Assembly (NCBI GenBank): GCA_951406725.2
Contig: OX597834.1
Span: 17,546,001 to 17,610,000 of the forward strand
DNA length: 64,000 nt
Reading direction: 5' to 3'
DNA from: Octopus vulgaris
Lineage: Eukaryota
The notes beneath the pieces were generated by a model, which saw only the letters and a program-made list of their open reading frames with translations, was not told the DNA's origin and ran no database searches. The translations under genes and the position numbers were made by a program. This document shows, piece by piece, positions 14,651 to 26,777 of the stretch. Position 1 is the first letter of the stretch, and each line of letters begins with the position of its first letter.

Positions 14651-14782
14651 TATACTTCACTCTGATGAAGCTTCATGTTTCAGATCAATTATATTACCGA
14701 ATATGATAAATATTTTTAGCATATCAGTGGCAACAACCATACAACATTGGAGGCAGAAATAGCTGTTAGACGGGATGCAGTC
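14651..14782 (+). ncRNA. Type I hammerhead-ribozyme-like motif (Penelope-type, probably decayed)
   Basis: TCT-CTGATGA at 14662, extended stem II, GAAA at 14756, near-palindromic ATAGCTGT, GTT site, then AGA closing stem I. Confidence 0.55.
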
Positions 14783-15308
14783 TATTTGTATTGAATTAAT
14801 AAATGATAATTGATCTAAGCCAATTGTTTATCAATATTTCTCCATTTTCTGTTTTCTTTAAATATATATATATATATATAAACTTACTTGGAGGAAAGAA
14901 ACGAAACGACGCGAGGGCGCTCAGTCATATAATAACAATTTAATAAATAAAATATATGCATACATATATGTACGTACCTACATCTATATGTATATATACA
15001 TGCATATATATATATATATATATATAGAAGGCGGCGAGCTGGCAGAAACGTTAGCACGCCGGGCGAAATGCGTAGCCGTATTTCGTCAGCCGTTACATTC
15101 TGAGTTCAAATTCCGTCGAGGTCGACTTTGCCTTTCATCCTTTCGGGGTCGATAAATTAAGGACCAGTTACGCACTGGGGTCGATGGAATCGACTTAATC
15201 CGTTTGTCTGTCCTTGTTTGTCCCCTCTGTGTTTAGCCCCTTGTGGGTAGTAAAGAAATATATATATATATATATGAGTACAGGACACATACTATATGTA
15301 TATATACA

Positions 15309-15350
<42 letters not shown>

Positions 15351-15591
15351 TACAGGACACATACTCATATATATATATATATATGCATGTATATATACAT
15401 ATAGATGTAGGTACGTACATATATGTATGTATGCATATATTTTATTTATTAAATTGTTATTATATATATATATATATATATATAGGGTTTGTCATATATT
15501 TTCTAAACTATATGAGGGCTGTTTCTAGTAATGATATAAAATAAGGGTGATAACATATTTGGATGTTAAAAATTCTTCTTTTGTTCTTCAG

Positions 15592-15638
15592 ATGGTGCCA
15601 AGGAGGCTTTGAAAGAATGGCATCTTCCTGATAATAAG
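15592..15638 (+). CDS. SPATS2: SPATS2-like exon 3: (D)GAKEALKEWHLPDNK
   Basis: ttcttcag acceptor, AAG|gtgagt donor, phase 1->0, conserved LKEW motif. Confidence 0.92.
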
Positions 15639-15659
15639 GTGAGTGACTTTAGCATGCCA

Positions 15660-16380
15660 ACAGACGGCGGCACACAGTTGCATGTACAGTGAGAGCTAGC
15701 AGTGACCTTCATGAGGCAGTGTGCCATGTGACATCACTGTGTTTACTGTGTTTACTTAAATTGTGAAATTTGTGTTTTTGCGATCACAGCTAGGGTGTAG
15801 TCTGCAATTTTTATCATGGACAGGAAGTTGGAACAAAGAGCCAACATGAAACTTTGTGTTAAACTTGCAAAGTCTGCTACAGAGACATTATGTTTCAAAG
15901 ATGAAGTAGCAGTTGTCACAATGGAAGAGCCCTTCATCTCTATGACTGAAGAAGGCATGGCAGAGCCACAGCTCAGTCAAGAGCATGCTCATCGATTTTT
16001 TTGATGTCTGCTGTATTATGCATCAAGATTTGTCCCCCCCCCCCGGGCCAGACCTTCAATCAAGAGTTCTACTGTGACATTTTGAAGCATATGAGGAAGG
16101 GCATTTGGTGAAAGAAACTGAATCTGTGGAGCTCGAAGAATTGGATTCTTCATGATGACAATGTACCCTGTCACCGAGCTCTCCTCACTCGTGAGTTTCT
16201 TGCCAAAGACAACATGGTATTGCTTCTGTACCTGCAGACTCCCATCTCTTCTCCAAGACGAAAATGCAGCTCAGAGTTCACCCTTTAAACACCATTGTCG
16301 GGATCCAGAGCAAATTGTTGAAAGTTCTCAACTAGCTTACGGAAAATGACTTCCAGGCCAGATCCTAAAAGTGACAGGAG
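15660..16380 (+). pseudogene. Internally deleted, decayed mariner transposase
   Basis: MDRKLEQRANMKLCVKLAKSATETL (mariner N-terminal HTH), then frameshifted VKSML..FF, PPGQTFNQEFYCDIL and WILHDDN segments. Confidence 0.8.
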
Positions 16381-16482
16381 GTGGGTGATTAAGTGGGGGA
16401 AGGTGGCTTTGTGTTGGTGGCAAACCAAATCTGAGAATCCAGGTTCGATTCTTGGTTGTAGCTATTTCACTTCCCCTGTTAA

Positions 16483-16707
16483 TTAACCCTTTAGCATTCA
16501 GTTTATTTCGTCAAATGTATTTTATTTATTCACGTTGTTTTAAATTAATTATGTATTGTCTCTTGGTTTTCAGATGTCCATGATGTGATTATTTAGTTTA
16601 GAATGACATTGTTGGCTAGGTGTGAGAGGCCGAATCTGGTCAGTTTGAATATATAACAGGCAGAATATTTTGGCTGGATATGACTGGTTTGAATTCTAAA
16701 GGGTTAA
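16483..16707 (+). mobile_element. piggyBac-type MITE pB1
   Basis: TTAA|CCCTTTAGCATT...ATTCTAAAGGG|TTAA. Copies at about 21300-21517, 24126-24331, 24328-24541, 44457-44684, 45345-45567(-), 50657-51294, 58282-58510(-). Confidence 0.88.
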
Positions 16708-16886
16708 AGCTCTTTTAAACAGCCTGGACATTGCAAATTCCCTTTCCTCCATTTCTGCATCTTCTGAAATCAATAGAACTAATTATGAATTGATAGATAT
16801 GCATAATCGTTAAAATCATAAAGACACTAACTTTGCCCTTCTAGGTGTGAGAGAATAAATAGTCTTTATTTTCAATGACTTTGTAG

Positions 16887-17013
16887 GTGTTGAAACAGAA
16901 GAAGAAGAACAAAAAGAAGTCAAACCAAAATCCTCCCTCTGCTGACCAACAACAGAAGCCTAATTCTCAGGGGCCAGTAAGCATCTCAAAGGTGGCCAAT
17001 GATGTGGTCAACG
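16887..17013 (+). CDS. SPATS2: SPATS2-like exon 4: VLKQKKKNKKKSNQNPPS...NDVVN (basic Lys-rich stretch)
   Basis: ttgtag acceptor, G|gtaagt donor, phase 0->1. KKKNKKK follows LKEW as in SPATS2. Confidence 0.92.
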
Positions 17014-17665
17014 GTAAGTGTTGAAGGTCATCTGGCCAAATTATGATGAACGATGATGACCTTGTACTGTTTTTTTAAATTTCATTTTGTTTTCTTTTTT
17101 GTTTTCTCCCTTTTTTTTTTTCCTTTCATTATTTCTTGTTGTTCTGTGTATTCTTATTTTATTGGCTGAAGAAGATTGCTTTATGTGTATGTGTGTGTGT
17201 GTGTTATCACACACAGGCATGCATGTGCATATGCATGTGTATCTGTGCTTTTGTGTCTATGTGTATGTATGTGCGGATATTCTCACACACATACAGTACA
17301 CTTGTTTCGAAATACATCTGAAAGCTGGAAATGTACATCACATCTTTTTGTTATGACTGTGTTACTTAGATCCACTCCAGTTTGTGCAAATACAAGCAAT
17401 GTGTCCGTTCCTAAGAATAATAAGTCTGACGCTATCAACACCTATCCTAGTGTTCTCAATTTCAACATCATCGAAGTTGATGGAATTAGCCATAAACAAT
17501 CAGCCCTTTTAGTACCTACAGGCTCCCTTCTTTCCTTGGTGACCAGCAGTAAAGAGGTTTCCATAAAGTAGGATCTCTTTCAGACTTGTTCTTTTGTATC
17601 GTACATTAGTGGTTTCTTGCACTTCTGAACTTTAATGAAGGCCTTCAACTTTATTTGGCATTCAG

Positions 17666-18485
17666 ACTCTCCAGCTCTGGCATACCCTCTCCAGCTGTGA
17701 CATACTCTCTCCAACTCTGGCATATTCTCTTCCAGCTCTGGCATACTCTCTCCAGCTCTGGCATACTCTCTCCAGCTGTGACATACTCTCTCCAACTCTG
17801 GCATATTCTCTTCCAGCTCTGGCATACTCTCTCCAGCTCTGGCATACTCTCTCCAGTTCTGACATACTCTCTCCAACTCTGGCATATTCTCTTCCAGCTC
17901 TGACATACTCTCTCCAGCTCTGGCATACTCTCTCCAGCTCTGGCATACTCTCTCCAGCTCTGGCATACTCTCTCCAACTCTGGCATATTCTCTTCCAGCT
18001 CTGACATACTCTCTCCAACTCTGGCATATTCTCTTCCAGCTCTGGCATACTCTCTCCAGCTCTGGCATACCCTCTCCAGCTCTGACATACTCTCTCCAAC
18101 TCTGGCATATTCTCTTCTAGCTCAGGCATACTCTCTCCAGCTCTGGCATACTCTCTCCAACTCTGACATACTCTCTCCAACTCTGGCATATTCTCTCCAA
18201 CTCTGGCATATTCTCTTCCAACTCTGGCATATTCTCTTCCAGCTCTGACTTACTCTCTCCAACTTTGGCATACTCTCTCCAACTTTGGCATACTCTCTCC
18301 AGCTCTGGCATACTCTCTCTAGCTCTGCCATACTCTCTCCATTCTCTGACATACTCTCTCCAGCTCTGGTATACTCTCTCCAGCTCTGGCATCCTCTCTC
18401 CAGCTCTGGTGTACTCTTTCCATCTTTGGTATACTCTCTCGAACTCATTTGTACTTCTCCAATTTGATTGTACTTTCTCCAACTC
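17666..18485. repeat. 20/21-bp minisatellite (ACTCTCTCCAGCTCTGGCAT), about 40 units
   Basis: Directly visible; units decay towards the 3' end. Confidence 0.97.
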
Positions 18486-19356
18486 TAAAGTACTTTCACA
18501 CACACACACACACACACACCATAACTTATTCTTTAGGTTTTTTTTCTCTCCCCAAAATATAAAACATGGACTTTTCTGGACTGAAGCAATTCCTTTATTG
18601 CTGCTTTCGTTGGGTAGGCATTAAATCTGATGATTTTAGAGATGAGGAGGAGATAGGAGTTGAGACATTCTTTAGCACAAGGTTGATTTTGATTGTGTGG
18701 TGTTCCAACCATGACTGTCCAGTGCTTTTTTGTAGTGTATGTATTTTAGAACTAAATTATCTTGTATATCTTGTCATTTTGTTCTAAGATGATAGTATGT
18801 AGTTTAAAGGAAATTTGGTTGTTATTTCTAACAAACCTAGTGATCCCATACAGCAGGTATGAGCAACCTTTTTTCGTGAAGCAGGCTGCATGAGACATGG
18901 CCCATTGTCAGAAGGGCTTTGCTACTGAAATAATTCCAAGTAATTTTTTTTATAATTTTGCATCATGCGTGTCATTCAGAAAGTCCTGTGACCTGCAGTT
19001 TGTCCGTGACTGTCTCAGAGGTTCATTCTTGTGTTTGTGACACTCAGAGGAATTGGCAGTACACATGAAATTGGTTACGTGACGTTGAAACTGAATCATG
19101 GACATGGCTTACCAAGCAATTTACTTTTGTTTCACAACATTCCTAAGTTTATGTAGTTAAAAGAGAATATGAATTAAAATGAAGCTGTTTTGTGGTGTGT
19201 AGTTTGTCTTTTGTTTGATATATAATGAAACTATGCAATAATAATTTCAGTTTAATTTCCCTATAAATTTGATTAGTTGTTTGGCAGCACCTCTGTGTTT
19301 TTTCCTTCTTTGTTCTGAGTTTTGTCTTTTTCTTCTCTTTCTTCTGGCTGTTCCAG

Positions 19357-19686
19357 GTGATATGCCTAAAAGGAACAAATCCACGGTTCGCATTGGGAAA
19401 AATGCGTCTCGAACTGGTGTTGTAATCTCATCGTCTTCATCGTCTTCGTCGTTATGTAGGGGGGAGTTACACACCGCTGCTGGCAAAGAAGTTGAGCTAA
19501 CAACTACATCTCAGAGGGACCTCAATGGCGATTCTTCTAAATCGGATCTCCATACTAACAACGAATCTGAAATCCATAAGCAACGGTCTCGCCCTAAGTC
19601 TGGCCAAGCTGTAGCAAACAGTCAGACACATCAGGGTAGTAAGAAAGCTAGTGTCACCACTACTGCTGACTCTCTTCCAAAAACAG
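19357..19686 (+). CDS. SPATS2: SPATS2-like exon 5: Ser-rich disordered linker GDMPKRNKS...DSLPKT
   Basis: Long polypyrimidine tract plus ttccag, CAG|gtatat donor, open 330 nt, phase 1->1. Confidence 0.8.
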
Positions 19687-22109
19687 GTATATTTGCATAT
19701 TCTAATCCTCTGAAATCTTCTAGCTAGCATGTACGTAATGAGGAACTAAATAATAGTAATTATCAACTGAATGCTAATTATTTTTTTACCCAGTCTCTAT
19801 ATTAATTAATGTGTTTCTAGGAAATTGGGTGAGGATAGCAATGTAGGGGAATGGAGAAGGGACCATCTGGAATTATTGTTGTAGGAATGAGTTCGGCATC
19901 CAGTGTTTTCATTATTGTGAATGTAGAGTTTCTGTGGTAGTTGAATGAAACATAATCCTGCTGGTGGATACCTTTGAACAATGGACTGTTAGGTAGCAGT
20001 CACCATTGCTTCTTGAACAGAGGCCAGAACTTAGATTCAATGTCAAATTTGGTCAAGACACTGGAGGATTGTGACCTGAGTTTAATAACAAGAATGTCTT
20101 CTTGTTGCTTTCTCTTAGAAGATAACAGGACTTGGATTCTGCATAGATGAGAAATAAAATGCTTGACATTACTTTGCTAAGCATGTCAAAAATTTGGGGT
20201 AACTTTGCATCCTGCATTATTAGATGACTTCAGGTAATAGCTCACTTCATGAAGATTTAGTCTTCATGCATGGTGTTTAGAGTACAGAGGAGATTCCACT
20301 TTATCTAAGATACATTCACAGATGGTCTTGAAGTTAGCATTACATGCTCTGATAAAAATTTAGAGTAGTTTTTTTTTGTTTGTTTTTGTTCCTTCTTTCT
20401 TTCTTCTTTTAGAGAGAATGGAAGAGAGAAAGATTCATACTGCTGCCACATCTTGGACTGTGCTACTACTACTCATACAAACATTCTAGGCTAAATCCCA
20501 TCCACAAGATAAACCACAATACTGATTAGCATAGAATTAATCACCAATACACTTCAACCTCCAACTTCCAAATGTGCTCTCCTCTTTCTTCTGATTTTCT
20601 ATAACCTCTTCAAAACCCTCTGCTCCTTGGAGCTAGCTGGTTCTTTACCCCCCACCCCCTACACTCCATTCATTAAGCTCATCACTTTTCCTCTCTTCAC
20701 ACATATTGCGTCCCTACCCCAAGGTCCTACACCCACCACTTTGTTTCCAATGCGCTTTTCCCAGAGAGTCAACCTTCTTGAATTTACTCCCCACTGTTCC
20801 ATATTTTTTCTGTCGTCAACTTGGAGTTATTCAAGAGCATCAGCTGGGCAATTTCTTCACTCTCAGACAGCATACATAGACACAGCTCCTTTCTCTCAAT
20901 TAAAATGTTTAAAAGCCCCCCCCAAATATATCAGATTTTTAGAGGTGGTTACTACTAATATGGTTACTTCCTTTTTCCTGGTTTTTGCTCTGAAAATCTT
21001 GAAAGAAGTGCACTCCATGATCCATTAAACATTTCAGATGTGACATTAATTAAGTTTCTTAGACTCATTTGGAAATACTTACATTACAAGAAGAAGAGTT
21101 CTTGTAGAAGAAGAGTCACTCTACCAACAGGTATAATTTGAATGATCTACATCAATTAATAACAAATGTAATGTCTACTTTTGGAGTACATTTGGTACAT
21201 CTCTCATACTTTGCTGTAATTGTGAAATTTGCTCCTCAGAAGAATATCTTTTCTAATATAATTCTGAGATTCTCTCTTATAAAGAATATGATGAATATTT
21301 ACCTCTTTAGAATTCAGATTACTTTGCCAAATGTAGTGCTTATTTATTCACATTACTTTGAATTAATCATGAATCATTTCATAGCTTTGGTGATGTGACT
21401 GTGTATTTTTAGAATGACATTGCAGGGTAGGTGTGAGAGGCCAAATCTGGTCAGTTTGAACATACAACAGGTAGAATAGTTTGGTCAGATATAGCTGGTT
21501 TAAATGCCAAAGGATTAAATTGTATCCTCGCATCTATGTTCATTTACAGACCTCAGCCCAAATAATAAACTAGTCCCTGTACAATATTCTTTTGCACAAT
21601 ATTTAAAGTGTTCCTGTCAAGTGAGGGTTTTTTCTTTCATTGATTTAAACTATAATTTTCTCTTATCTGTTTAATTTTTGATTTTCCAAAAAACTTCTGC
21701 ATTCCTTCATGTCTTGAAGAGGAACTATTTTTTTTTTAGTAATTTTGGGGTGACTTAGAATGACCTTATTTTGAAGAGTTGAGTCATTAAAATATGGCGT
21801 TGTTTCTTAAGGCTGCAAGCTGGCAGAATTGCGAACACACTGGACAAAATGCTTTGCAGAATTTCTTTTAGCTTTGTGTTCTGAGTTCAAATTCTACCAA
21901 GGTTGACTTTGCCTCTCATCCTTTTGGGGTCAATGGAATAAGTACCAGTTGAGTACTGGGTTTGATGCAGTTGACTAGCTCCTTCCACCAAAAATTTCAG
22001 GCCTCGATCCTGTAATAGACTTATGCTTTCTTCTAAAGGCAGCTGGCTTGGGATTCCGTAGCAGATAGGAATTGAGAAGCTGTGATGAGGTAATCTTTCC
22101 TAAGAGCAT

Positions 22110-22332
22110 TATCCCTTTCGTAACCATATTCCTTTTGAAATCCACTGCTTTTGTTTCAATTAATTTTGAAATAATGATAAATTTAATAAAATAATTCTCT
22201 CCATATTAAGCTGGCGTTTGGAATGTAAATCAACATAAAAACTTTGATGGAAGATTTAATTTAGATTTCTTTAAAACAAGAAACATGTATCATAGAACCA
22301 GAAGCAGTCTTAACCAGTTTGGTATCAAAATT
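22110..22332 (-). mobile_element. piggyBac-type MITE family pB2, decayed
   Basis: Reverse-complement similarity to the host element at 44393-44839; CCCTTT terminus. Confidence 0.55.
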
Positions 22333-23043
22333 GAACTAATTCCAATGGGGCAAGGTTGAAAACTGGGTTATGGAATTGGTTTACCAGGAAATTATGCTGC
22401 TACACAACACAAAAGACCAGTGACAGCAAGTTATTATACATTACATAGTTACAAGAGTCTCAAATTCATAGGGAGAGTGAAATAAGATTGGCATCTATAA
22501 CGAGCCTTTTAACGACTGATTAAATGAAATTTCAACTCAAATGAAATTTGAGTTGTTGAACTTATTCAGGCAGACACATAACACCATATCTGATGATTTG
22601 CTCCAGAATAAAATAATTACAGAAATTAACTTCACTGAAATTTCTTTTAAAAATGAATATTGTTTTGCAGGAAAACAGATATTATTTACTTTGGGTCTGG
22701 CAGTGATTCTTGTTTTCCTTTGCCTTTCCTTTCTTTTCCACAGATAAAATTTTTTACAGAAATTGTCAACGAATTATTGCTTTTCCTTAAGGAGGGACAA
22801 CATCAATTTCTCTCTCCCTTTTTTTTTTATTTGGGGGAGGTGATTGCGCGGATGAGTGAATCTGGAAGAAACAGCTGAGATTGGAATGATTTAACCATGG
22901 ATTTAATTGTTATTTGTATAAATGAAGTTTGTCTACTTTAAGGCTTCAGGCAGCCTGGGAATAAAGGAAGTTCATTAGTAAGACAATGAGACATGAACAA
23001 TCAAATGAGAATATACCTGGAGCAGTTAGAAGAAAGTGCTGTG

Positions 23044-23165
23044 TGGAGGCACATGGCTTAGTGGTTAGGGTGTCAGCATCATGATCGTAAGATTGTGGTT
23101 TCGATTCCTGGACCGGGCGACGCATTGTGTTCTTGAGCAAAATACTTCATTTCACGTTGCTCCAA
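23044..23165 (+). mobile_element. SINE family E head plus CORE-like segment, 3'-truncated
   Basis: GGCACATGGCTTAGTGGTTAGG...TTCGATTCC...TTGTGTTCTTGAGCAA. Longer copies at 26243-26515, 28383-28925, 31142-31455, 33735-34055(-), 57922-58265. Confidence 0.8.
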
Positions 23166-24714
23166 AAAAATAAAAAAATGCTCTTCTGGCAAATTATATG
23201 AAATATACAAGAGAGCGCTGAGGTAAATCTACCGGATGTGTAAAAGGAAAAAGTACAGAATGAGCTGAAACAAAGGCTGTGTATTTCAATAGAAATATGG
23301 TAAAAATGAAAGGGTTAAATTCATATTTCTTTAGATATTAATAGGTAATACACACAGAGTTGAGAAAAAGTGTTTTCACTAGAAAGGTGTGACAGAAAAG
23401 ACCTTTTCTTGCACTCAGAAGAAAATTGGCAAAGCTGTAATCTTATTTTTGTCTTCTCATTTTTTTTTTCTTTTGAGTCTGAATTTGTCTCTTCCACTGC
23501 TTGACAACCGGTGTTGGTGTGCTTACATGCCTGTAACTTAGCAGCTCAGCAAAAGGACTGGCAGAATTAATGGGTCAGGCAAACTGCTTAGTGGCATTTG
23601 TTCTGGCCCTTTATGTTCTGAGTTCAAATCCTGGTGAGGTCAACTTTATCTTTCATTCTAACAGGGCCAATATAATCACTGAAATGCTGGGGTCGATGTA
23701 AGCAACCTGCCCCCCTGTGGTGTGTGTGTCTTTATATCTGCAACTTCTTGTACAAACGAGCTGCGTGTGATGTTCTGATTTGTTTCTCCTGTCAAGAAAT
23801 TGTCTGGGCACTTAATGTCTTTGAAGCTCCTTACTTGAAAAACAGATAAGTTTTAGCACCAGGAAAGGTATCTGACTGTAAAACAATGCCTCAAATAATG
23901 TCTTCATCCAACCCAAGCCAGCATAGAAAAACAGACATAAAACAACCAAACAAGCATTGAGGATGATTTATAAAGCTCAAAGAACAGTGGATTGAAAAAG
24001 TTTGAGAAATTTTAGATGTACAATTCCTGCAAATATTGAAACCTTTCAAAATATTTTTTTTTGAAAATTCTGATGACACATCTTAGTGGTTTGGACAAGG
24101 CCAAGGATTTAATCCCAGGATATGTTTAACCCTTTAGCATTCAAATTACTTCAAGTTTAATGCTTATATATTCATATCATTTGGAATTAATCATGTATTA
24201 TCTTTAAGAGATTTCTAATGATGTGATTGTTTATTTTTCAAATTGTGTTGTAGGATTGGTATGAGAGGTTGGATCTGGCCGGTTTGAGCATAAAACAGGA
24301 AGACATGGCTATTTAAATGTTAAAAGGTTAATCCTTTAACATTCAGATTTCTCCGTCAAATGTAATGCCTATTGGTTTGAATTAATCATGCATAATCTCA
24401 CAGCTTTGAGATTTCAATGATGTGATTGTTTATTTTTAGATCAACTGGATAAGAGAGGAGAGGCAGAATCTGGCCTCTTTGAACATAAAACATGTTGAAT
24501 ATTTGATCTGGATATTGCTAGTTGAAATGCTAAAATGTTAACATTGTAGTGACAATAACAGTTGCTGTGTCTGTATAATTAAACAAAATAATGGAAACTG
24601 AATAACAAACAATACATGTTTGAAATGGTGGTCACTCAAAGGGTGATTCAAGGGTCAAAATATGATCTCTGCATGATATTTTTTTCCTTTAAATTTCATT
24701 TTATTTTTGTACAT

Positions 24715-24932
24715 TTAACCCTTTTACTGTGGAAATCAGAGATATTCACTCAAAATTTCATTACTGTAGAAAGCACTTTTATATATCAATCTATCTTTTG
24801 TTGAGAAATGAAATGTCATATTTTATTGAGATAATGTGACCTTGAAGAAAATACCAATTCTATTTTTTTGGTAAATATTTAGCATTGTTATTAGAATAAC
24901 CATGAAATTTAATTTCACAGTTAAAGGGTTAA
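24715..24932. mobile_element. piggyBac-type MITE family pB3
   Basis: TTAA|CCCTTTTACTGTGGA...TTCACAGTTAAAGGG|TTAA; the interior is unrelated to pB1. Confidence 0.8.
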
Positions 24933-25152
24933 AAACAAAAGTATTACATTTCTGTTTGATTATAATATAATTGGTTTGTGTTTTTTCTCATTTTTATTTT
25001 CAGTTTAACGAAATAATAATTTTTGAATAATTTTTTGTATTTTATTTTATTTTGTTTTTTTTTTCTTTTGCATTTTTTTTTTGTATTTTTGTTTTTTTGT
25101 TTTTGCTTTTCTTTTCAAGGAAGTCATTGTTAAATTTTTTGTTTTCTCTTAG

Positions 25153-25233
25153 GACATTCTGGATCAACGAAAAGTGACAACAGGGTTGACTTGGGCCCGA
25201 ATGTGGTGTCTAAAGTCAAGAAACCATATGCAG
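25153..25233 (+). CDS. SPATS2: SPATS2-like exon 6: GHSGSTKSDNRVDLGPNVVSKVKKPYA
   Basis: Very long U-rich tract plus cttag, CAG|gtgtga donor, phase 1->1. Confidence 0.8.
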
Positions 25234-25785
25234 GTGTGAACATAAATAAATTTTCAATAAGATATAGTATTGATTTTCACTGATTTAGTTAATTTTAGCA
25301 GCATCTCACTTGTGTTGAGCCATGTCTTTGAGACAAATTCACCTGTTTTGCAGTAATTATTTATCAGATAGGTGCAGGCTTGGCTCCGTGGTTAAGGAGC
25401 TCACTTTGCAACCATGTGGTTTCAAGTTCAATTCTACTGTGTGACACATTGAGCAAATGTGTTCTACTATAGCCCTGTATTGTCTAATATTGTGTAAGTG
25501 ATTTTGGTAGATGGAAACTATGTGGAAGCCCATATGGCTGGGTGTGTTTGTATTTACAATTGTTGCTTCCATTGTACTCTTTTTTTATCAGTTTCACTAC
25601 ATAAGTCTTGCCGATGCAGAACAACACAAGCCTCATTGGAGCCTGTTTGATTTTTTTTTTTACACACACTCATGCACATGTACACGTACGTGCATATAAT
25701 ATTATGACCATCAGTTTACCTTCTTTTTTCCATGCTGGCATGGATTGGATGGGTCTGTCACATTACTTCCTTCTCTGACACAGTA

Positions 25786-26008
25786 CAGTAATCCCTCACC
25801 TTATCACGGTTCACCTACTGCGGTTTATTATTTAAGCTTACACTGATTCCTCCGTGGTGTTGTTTTGCATTTATAATAAAATAAATATATGCAAATTATA
25901 AAAAGGATTAAAAAATATACACAGAACAGTACTGTTTCTACTTTGTGGATTTTCATCTATTGCGGAGGGTTTTGGAACGTAACACCTGCGATAGTTGAGA
26001 GATTACTG
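25786..26008. mobile_element. Tigger/pogo-type MITE
   Basis: TA|CAGTAATCCCTCACCTTATCACGG...CTGCGATAGTTGAGAGATTACTG imperfect TIRs. Confidence 0.75.
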
Positions 26009-26518
26009 TTCTCTAAAGACAAAACTCAATCTCTGTTGTGAACAACTGATTTGAGAACATGATATTTCTATGACTGGATACTGTTTCTACCCCCAATCAT
26101 TTGCTAGTATGGTTTGTGTACATTTTATAGCATCACTGACATTCAAAGGGGATGTTTGCGAAAATGAAAGTGTCTCCTCTACCTTGTAGCATTTTTTTGT
26201 GTTTTATTTGTGTTGGGGTTAGTGTTAGATGGTAAGCACGTGAGGGCACATGGCTTAGTGGTTAGAGTGTTACATTCATGATTGTAAGATCATGACTTCA
26301 ATTCCTAGACCAGACAGAGTTTTGTCTTCTTGGGCCAAACACTTCATTGCACATTGTTCTGCAACCATTTTGACATCAAATGTGTGGCGTACTGCACACC
26401 TGTACAGGTACTGTTGATTTTGATGGAAGGGAGGAGCTAATGTACAGCACAAACATTTCATCACAATAAACAAATCATCCGTGCAGGTCATTCAACAAGA
26501 AATTGAAGACCCCTCATC

Positions 26519-26777
26519 TTTGGTTCTCAACAAGGTCCATAGAGCTGCTGGGGGCCCACATAAGATTTTGTTGTTATAATTTACCTGCAATAAATTGGTT
26601 TTACTTCCACAATACACAAAATATTTTAACAATTTTTAATACAATTTCTTATAATATTTCATTATAAAAATATAATTTTTTCTAAACATTGAATGGCTAT
26701 GAGGGTTTTTCTGAGTAAAATAGGAATTAAAGGGGTCCATAGGAAAAAAAAGCAAAACAAAAGGTTGAGTGACACTG
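26519..26777 (-). mobile_element. hAT (Charlie-like) MITE, older copy
   Basis: Reverse-complement similarity to 36414-36623; TGGTTCTCAAC...GTTGAGTGACACTG ends. Confidence 0.7.

Noticed and set aside
17580-18624. MPELERVCQSWREYARAGES repeat ORFs; possible CRISPR-like array
   Set aside because: Head-to-tail 20/21-bp minisatellite with no unique spacers, in a eukaryotic intron, with no cas genes
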